Made by a program: the position numbers and the translations under genes. From Alphaproteobacteria bacterium (GTDB taxonomy: Bacteria > Pseudomonadota > Alphaproteobacteria > SP197), in the NCBI GenBank assembly GCA_964291415.2, contig OZ219920.1, positions 1,248,001-1,312,000 on the forward strand: a stretch of DNA of 64,000 nucleotides, read 5' to 3'. The notes under the pieces are model-generated. The model had not been told where the DNA came from. It saw only the letters and a list, made by a program, of their open reading frames with translations, and did no database searches. This document shows, piece by piece, positions 58,468-64,000 of this stretch (positions are counted from its first letter, which is position 1; each line of letters starts with the position of its first letter).

Positions 58468-60642
58468 TCAGGCAAAGCGGACACCGTTCTGCGCCATGGG
58501 CAGCATGGTGATGCGCGGGCCGTCGACAGCAATGGCATTGGCAAGCGCCGGACCGGCCGGCGGCACACCCGGTTCCCCAACTCCGGTCGGTGGTGCAGAC
58601 GATGGCATGATGTGGACGTCGATGCGGCCGATGTCGGACGTCCGCAACGGTTGGTAATCGGGAAAGTTCCACTCGACGACCTCACCCTGATCGAACGTGA
58701 TCTCGTTGCGCATCACGTGGCCGATACCGTAGCCGATTCCGCCCTCCATCTGCGCCCTGACGATATCGGGATTGACCGCCACGCCGCAGTCCACGGCGCA
58801 GGTGACCCTTTCGATCGCAGTCGTTCCCGCAGCGTCACGCGAGATCTCGATCACTTGAGCGACATACGTGCCGAAGGATTTGTGGGCGGCGACGCCACGT
58901 GTCCGTCCAGGCTTCGTTGGCCGGTCCCAGCCCGACTCCCTTGCGGCCATTTGCAGGACACCGGCAAGGCGCCGTTGGTCCATCGAGCCATCCCGCAGAT
59001 GGTCAAGCCGCCAGGTCACGGGGTCACGTCCAGCGGCCCTGGCCGCCATGTCCATCATGGATTCCATGACGAAGGCGGTATGGCTGTGACCGACCGAACG
59101 CCACCAGCTCACGGTGATGGGCGACTCGAGATCAGTCAGGCCGACGAACATTCCGGGTATGCGGTAGAGCGTGTCGGGCACGCCTTCGACGGAGGAATGA
59201 TCGACACCGTTCCTGACAATCCACTGCTCGAACGATGATCCCTTGAAAATGGACTTGCCAGCGATGCGATGGTCCCAGGCGACGACGTTCCCGTTTCCAT
59301 CGAGACCAACGCGCACCCTGTGTGCCATAGCCGGCCGATAGGCGCCGCCGGCAAGGTCGTCCTCGCGTGACCAGACGAGCTTGACCGGCCGGGTGCGGTC
59401 GGTCATGGCAAAGGCCTGTGCGGCCTCGACGATGTAGTCCGCCGTCATGGTGGCACGGCGCCCGAACGAGCCACCGGCGTAGAGTGTGTTGATCCGGATG
59501 CTCTTCATCGGCAACCCGAGAACCGCCGCAAGCGCCTGGTGTGCACTGGACGGGGACTGGCATCCGTCATGGAGCGTGATCCCGTCGGCCGTCGGCTCGA
59601 TTGTGCATGTCAGGGGTTCCATAGGCGCATGACAGAGCCAGGGAAGAAAGAACTCGCCCTCGACGGTTCGCGCGGCGCGATCGAGACGTGCCCCCGCCCC
59701 GTCCATGCCCGGGCCTTCCCTGGCAACGAACCGGGGCGGCACCCTGACCGCATCGAGAAGTGTCGATGTGATCTCGGCGGAGCTTCGGTTCTCCGCATTC
59801 GCGAAGTTCCACTCGACAGTGACCGCATCGCGAGCCTGAAACGCCGCCCAGGTGTCACGGGCGTAGACAACAACCCCGGCATTGGACGGCAGGATGGCGG
59901 CATTGACGAATCCCGGCACGTCGGTAGCCGCCGAAGCATCCATGGACACCACCGTTCCCCCGAAGCGGGGACTGTGCCTGACGACAGCGACAATCTGGCC
60001 CTCCAGCTGCACATCCATGGCAAAGCGGGCCGATCCGTCGATCTTGGGTCCGTTGTCGCGCCGCGATGTCTGCGGGTTGCCGATCAACGTGAACGTACCG
60101 GGATCCTTCAGCGCCGGTCGCTCCGGCACCCTCATGGCCGCGGCCGCGCCAACGAACCGGGCAATGGGCGCGCTGCGTCCGGCGCCGGCGATCATGCCCT
60201 CCGACAGCACAAGGGTTGACGGATCGGCCTTCCATTCGTCGGCGGCTGCGGCAAGCAGCATCTCCTTCGCAGCTGCTCCTGCCTGTCGGTACTGCAGGTA
60301 GGAGTTGGCCATCGAGGTCGATCCTCCCGTCGCCTGTGAGCCAAAAAGGAGATTGGCGTAGCGCCCGGCATCAGAGGGTGCGAATTCGACTGCCACATCG
60401 TCGAGGTCGACACCGAGTTCTTCCGCGATCAGGGTAGGAAGGCCGGTACTCGTTCCCTGGCCCATCTCGAAATGCTTGACGATCACGGTCACACGGCCGT
60501 CCGCATCAATCTTCACGAAGGGGTTGAAGTGACTGCCGTCCGTTGGCGCGACCGCCAGCACGCCACTTGGCGAGAAGCCCACCACGAGCGCCGCGGTGGA
60601 GGCCGTCTGGAGAAAACTCCGGCGAGACAGGATCGCGGCCAT
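58468..60642 (-). CDS. iorB: Isoquinoline 1-oxidoreductase beta-type molybdopterin subunit with Tat signal
   Basis: SRRSFL, EMGQG, TGGSTS, HAPMEP, GGSFGRR, WWRSV, GVGEPG. Confidence 0.88.
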   Translation of the reverse strand: MAAILSRRSFLQTASTAALVVGFSPSGVLAVAPTDGSHFNPFVKIDADGRVTVIVKHFEMGQGTSTGLPTLIAEELGVDLDDVAVEFAPSDAGRYANLLFGSQATGGSTSMANSYLQYRQAGAAAKEMLLAAAADEWKADPSTLVLSEGMIAGAGRSAPIARFVGAAAAMRVPERPALKDPGTFTLIGNPQTSRRDNGPKIDGSARFAMDVQLEGQIVAVVRHSPRFGGTVVSMDASAATDVPGFVNAAILPSNAGVVVYARDTWAAFQARDAVTVEWNFANAENRSSAEITSTLLDAVRVPPRFVAREGPGMDGAGARLDRAARTVEGEFFLPWLCHAPMEPLTCTIEPTADGITLHDGCQSPSSAHQALAAVLGLPMKSIRINTLYAGGSFGRRATMTADYIVEAAQAFAMTDRTRPVKLVWSREDDLAGGAYRPAMAHRVRVGLDGNGNVVAWDHRIAGKSIFKGSSFEQWIVRNGVDHSSVEGVPDTLYRIPGMFVGLTDLESPITVSWWRSVGHSHTAFVMESMMDMAARAAGRDPVTWRLDHLRDGSMDQRRLAGVLQMAARESGWDRPTKPGRTRGVAAHKSFGTYVAQVIEISRDAAGTTAIERVTCAVDCGVAVNPDIVRAQMEGGIGYGIGHVMRNEITFDQGEVVEWNFPDYQPLRTSDIGRIDVHIMPSSAPPTGVGEPGVPPAGPALANAIAVDGPRITMLPMAQNGVRFA

Positions 60643-61109
60643 CAGCCGTCGTCCTTCAGGAGTTCCGCGGCACGCGCCACAGCCGCCCTGATTCTCTGAT
60701 ATGTGGCGCACCGGCACACGTTGCCGGCCATGAATTCGTCGATCCCGGCGGCATCTGGTTGGCTGTTCTCCGCAAGGAGACCCGCAGCCGACATGATCTG
60801 TCCCGACTGGCAATAGCCGCATTGCACAACATTGAGCTCTGCCCAGGCCTGCTGCACAGCGCGTCCTTCTGGCGTGGCGAGTCCCTCGATGGTCGTGACC
60901 TCGGTGCCTTCGACATCCTCCGGCAACGTCACGCAGGACCGGACAGGAACACCATCCACGTGCACCGTGCACGCTCCACAGGACGCCACGCCGCAGCCGT
61001 ACCTGGTACCGGTCAACTTCAGTTCGTCGCGCAGAACCCACAGCAGTGGCATGCCGTCCGGCACATCGACATCGACAACGTGGCCGTTGATTTTCAACAT
61101 CGTTGGCAT
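60642..61109 (-). CDS. iorA: Isoquinoline 1-oxidoreductase alpha-type [2Fe-2S] subunit
   Basis: PLLWVLRD, GCGVASCGACTVH, QCGYCQSGQ, NVCRC. Confidence 0.9.
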   Translation of the reverse strand: MPTMLKINGHVVDVDVPDGMPLLWVLRDELKLTGTRYGCGVASCGACTVHVDGVPVRSCVTLPEDVEGTEVTTIEGLATPEGRAVQQAWAELNVVQCGYCQSGQIMSAAGLLAENSQPDAAGIDEFMAGNVCRCATYQRIRAAVARAAELLKDDG

Positions 61110-61490
61110 GCCAGACTCCCTGACTGTTCGAGCGGACTGCATCGCGAGAACCGCGCCCGGTTCCCGACAACCGCATGTTACCCGGTCTTCCAGGTGCTTT
61201 CGCGCTGCGGCTGCAAACTCCTCAAGAGATCCTGGTTCGCCAGCCGGTGCAAGGCTGTAGCCCGGGAACAACTGAACGCAATCCGTTCTGGCTCAAGCGC
61301 GGTCCTGGAACCCGGTCACGCCCGGAAGCGCCGCATACGCGGAGCAACCGCCACGATGAACACCCGCCATTCCCAAGCTTGACGCGCGATCTGGCCTGCG
61401 GCAAACACACAGTCCCGGGAGAGGCCAATCACGTTTCCCACCCTCCGTCGCCGAAGACTGGACTGCACGGGGCATCGCGAGGAGACCGCC

Positions 61491-62789
61491 ATGGGCCGAT
61501 ACGACACCTCGATTGCGCGTTTCCGGGAAGCATGCACGGTGCTGGCCGGAGGTGTATCGAGCAACTTCCGCTATCACCCCATTCCCGTTCCACTCGCCAT
61601 CGAGCGTGGCGAAGGTCCCTACCTGTGGGATGCCGACGGCAACCGCTACATCGACTATGTCAGCGGCAACGGTCCGGCATTTCTCGGACACAGTCCCGGA
61701 CCGGTGCTTGATGCGGTCCGCGCCTCCCTGGACACCGGGCAGGCCTTCACCACCGTCCATGCCGGAGAAATTGCCCTGGCGCATCGCATCAGGGACATCG
61801 TTCCCTGTGCTGAACTTGTGCGGTTCGACACGTCCGGAACACAGGTCGACCAGATCGCCATGCGCCTCGCCCGCCATCACACCGGCCGGACCAGGGTGGT
61901 GAAGTTCGAGGGCCACTACCACGGATGGGCGGACAACATCTTCGCCAGCGTGGCTCCCGAGCTCAACCGTGCCGGTCCCCGGGACCACCCGGAAGTGCTT
62001 GCCCAGAGCAGCGGCCAGCCCGACAACATCCGCGACAATCTCATCGTTCAGCCCTTCAACGACATTGCGGTGCTCGAGGAGACCCTTTCGCGCCACGGCA
62101 CGGAGACTGCCGCCATCGTCGTGGAGCCTGTGGCGTGCAATTGCGGGGTTATCGAACCCGCACCCGGCTATCTCGAGGCATTGCGGCGCCTGTGCGACCA
62201 GCATGGGATCGTGCTCATCTTCGACGAAGTCATCACAGGCTTCCGGGTAGCCCTGGGGGGAGCCCAGCAGCGATACGGCGTGACCCCCGATGTCGCAGTC
62301 TTTGCCAAGGCCATGGCCAGCGGCTTCCCTCTGGCCGCGGTCGCCGGACGGCGCACCATCATGGAAGGGGTCACCAAGGGCGCCGTTCACGGCGGCACCT
62401 ACAACGGCATCACCTCGAGCATTGCCGCCGGCATCGCCACCCTTGACTTGCTTGCCGCCGACGGCGCCGCGATCTACGACAAGGTGGAACGGGACGGAAG
62501 CCGGCTCATGTCCGGACTTGCAGAATGCGGCCGAAGACGTGGTGTTCCGCTGCACGTCCAGGGGCTTGGCACCATCTTCTCGACCGTCTTTACGGACACT
62601 CCACCTCTTGTCGATTATCGCGACTACAAGGCGACCGACACGCCCATGCGCGAAGCTTTCATCCGGGCACTGCAGGACCGCGGAGTGCGCACGACGCTTC
62701 GCGGAACCTGGTTCGTTCCGGCTGTGTTGAGCGATGACGACATCGCCATGACTCTCGATGCTGCCGATGCAGCCCTTGCCGCCCTGTAG
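61491..62789 (+). CDS. Class III PLP-dependent aminotransferase (GSA aminomutase-like)
   Basis: WDADGNRYIDY, KFEGHYHGW, LIFDEVITGFR, FAKAMASG, HGGTYNG. Confidence 0.9.
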   Translation: MGRYDTSIARFREACTVLAGGVSSNFRYHPIPVPLAIERGEGPYLWDADGNRYIDYVSGNGPAFLGHSPGPVLDAVRASLDTGQAFTTVHAGEIALAHRIRDIVPCAELVRFDTSGTQVDQIAMRLARHHTGRTRVVKFEGHYHGWADNIFASVAPELNRAGPRDHPEVLAQSSGQPDNIRDNLIVQPFNDIAVLEETLSRHGTETAAIVVEPVACNCGVIEPAPGYLEALRRLCDQHGIVLIFDEVITGFRVALGGAQQRYGVTPDVAVFAKAMASGFPLAAVAGRRTIMEGVTKGAVHGGTYNGITSSIAAGIATLDLLAADGAAIYDKVERDGSRLMSGLAECGRRRGVPLHVQGLGTIFSTVFTDTPPLVDYRDYKATDTPMREAFIRALQDRGVRTTLRGTWFVPAVLSDDDIAMTLDAADAALAAL

Positions 62790-62873
62790 CAGCAGTCACT
62801 GGCTCCGGGCGTTTACAAATCCGGTGAATCCGGTCAGGCTTGACCAAGGGACGTCAGCCGGGGAAGGATCCTG

Positions 62874-63929
62874 ATGAGTGGCCTGTTACTAAACAACATT
62901 TCCAAGAAGTTCGGATCCGTCACAGCCGTCACTGACATCAACCTCGAAATTCCGGAAGGCCGGTTCGTCTCATTCCTGGGCCCCTCCGGCTGCGGCAAGA
63001 CCACCCTGCTGCGCCTGATCGCCGGTCTTGAGCACGCGACGACGGGCCGCATCATGCTCGACAACGAGGATCTGACCGACACGCCGACCCACCAAAGGAA
63101 CATCGGCATGGTGTTCCAGTCCCTGGCGCTGTTTCCTCATCTCTCCGTGGGCGAGAACATCACGTATTCGCAGCGAATCAGGGGCGTCGACAAGGCGGCG
63201 CGACGGCGGCGCGCCGAGGAACTCCTCGAGATGGTGCGTCTGCCTGGAGTTGCCGATCGCAATATCGCGCAGCTCTCCGGTGGCCAGAGGCAACGCGTGG
63301 CCATCGCCCGGGCCCTCAACCTGGAACCGAAACTGTTCCTGCTCGATGAACCGTTGTCGGCACTTGATGCCAAGTTGCGCGAGGATATGCAGGTCGAACT
63401 GCGCATGCTGCAGGAACGCCTCGCCATCACGACCATCGTTGTCACCCACGACCAGCGCGAGGCGATGACGATGTCGGATGAGGTAGTGGTCATGTCGACG
63501 GCACGCATCCAGCAGATGGGAGAGCCTCTGGAGATCTATCGCAACCCGGCTTCCGCTTTCGTCGCCGAATTCATCGGCACCAGCAATCTCATCAAGGCGC
63601 GCCTGGACACCGGTTCGACCGTTGTCATCGCCGGGTGCCCCTGCCAGACCAGCGGGGTCCCGGACCAGCTTGGCGCGGGATCCAGCGTCATTGTCTCGAT
63701 CCGCCCGGAAGACGTTCACGTGTTTCCGGAAAGCCGTGACGGCGGCAATCAGCTCGACGGTGTCGTCACGTTCGTGCGTGATGTCGGTGCCAGCGTCGAA
63801 ACCTTCGTCGATTGCGATGGCCTGCAGATCATCGCCATGGCAACACCGAAGGAACGGCCTGACGTTCACAAGGGCGAAAAGGTCAAGGTCGAGCTGCCGG
63901 CCGAAAGTTGCGTGGTCCTCAAGGCATGA
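62874..63929 (+). CDS. PotA-like ABC transporter ATP-binding protein
   Basis: GPSGCGKT, LSGGQRQR, LLDEPLSALD, VTHDQ, C-terminal TOBE-like region. Confidence 0.94.
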   Translation: MSGLLLNNISKKFGSVTAVTDINLEIPEGRFVSFLGPSGCGKTTLLRLIAGLEHATTGRIMLDNEDLTDTPTHQRNIGMVFQSLALFPHLSVGENITYSQRIRGVDKAARRRRAEELLEMVRLPGVADRNIAQLSGGQRQRVAIARALNLEPKLFLLDEPLSALDAKLREDMQVELRMLQERLAITTIVVTHDQREAMTMSDEVVVMSTARIQQMGEPLEIYRNPASAFVAEFIGTSNLIKARLDTGSTVVIAGCPCQTSGVPDQLGAGSSVIVSIRPEDVHVFPESRDGGNQLDGVVTFVRDVGASVETFVDCDGLQIIAMATPKERPDVHKGEKVKVELPAESCVVLKA

Positions 63930-64000
63930 GTGATGCCGCCGTCAATCGGCTCGAGGAAGACACCGTCGGACCGATGTGGCGGGAGCAGTTCCTGCTGCCG
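63926..64000 (+). CDS. Probable ABC permease, 5' end; runs off the window
   Basis: ATGA overlap with the ATPase; MSDAAVNRLEEDTVGPMWREQFLLP. Product inferred from context only. Confidence 0.55.
   Translation, partial: MSDAAVNRLEEDTVGPMWREQFLLP

Noticed and set aside
4844-61176. Over-long ORFs in the track (4844-6430, 49851-52733, 53071-54540, 56650-58185, 58468-61176) that look like fusions
   Set aside because: Their N-terminal extensions are off-frame or antisense reads of neighbouring real genes. Internal starts with an RBS or family-typical N-terminus exist.
61320-61470. Glycine-riboswitch-like fragments (GGAGCAACCGCC, CGGGAGAG, CGCCGAAG) upstream of the aminotransferase
   Set aside because: The conserved CTCAGG segments and stem pairing are missing. 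An Infernal search with the Rfam glycine model would be needed to support it.
676-63869. Many long antisense and alternative-frame ORFs (e.g. 2690-4114, 14408-15730, 51057-52259, 61293-62555)
   Set aside because: Shadow ORFs caused by high GC3. They have no family motifs and fully overlap well-supported genes.
1-64000. CRISPR array, rRNA, prophage, selenocysteine readthrough
   Set aside because: No repeat-spacer array, rRNA motifs or phage genes, and no in-frame TGA at a conserved Cys position was seen.

Overview
High-GC chromosomal window, most likely from an alphaproteobacterium (divergent mfd-sdhE/recG block, alpha-type NAD kinase, Lhr-PdeM-DUF502). It holds about 57 CDSs, tRNA-Ser(TGA) and tRNA-Val(GAC). 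Catabolic and redox genes dominate, with an unusual density of Mo/W-pterin enzymes: two tungsten aldehyde oxidoreductase (AorB) paralogs sharing one AorA and with no aorC in the window, two MoaD-like carriers plus an AorE-like GGG-tailed protein, a three-subunit xanthine-dehydrogenase-family enzyme with atypical active-site loops, and an IorAB-type enzyme. The best candidate for an undescribed system is a ~9.7 kb islet (16.5-26.2 kb) between a degenerate transposon-end-like repeat array and the tRNA-Val 3' end. It encodes the atypical molybdo-hydroxylase, a NitT/TauT ABC importer, an amidohydrolase and a guanidine-hydrolase (GdmH)-like ureohydrolase with a Trp-to-Thr change in the substrate motif and a His-rich insertion. 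This suggests a catabolic route for a substituted or cyclic guanidine. Other observations are a ParDE cassette with a probable leaderless promoter, an eroded nhaA relic, and two to three single-base homopolymer deletions that may be assembly errors. All family assignments come from motif recognition by eye; no database searches were run.
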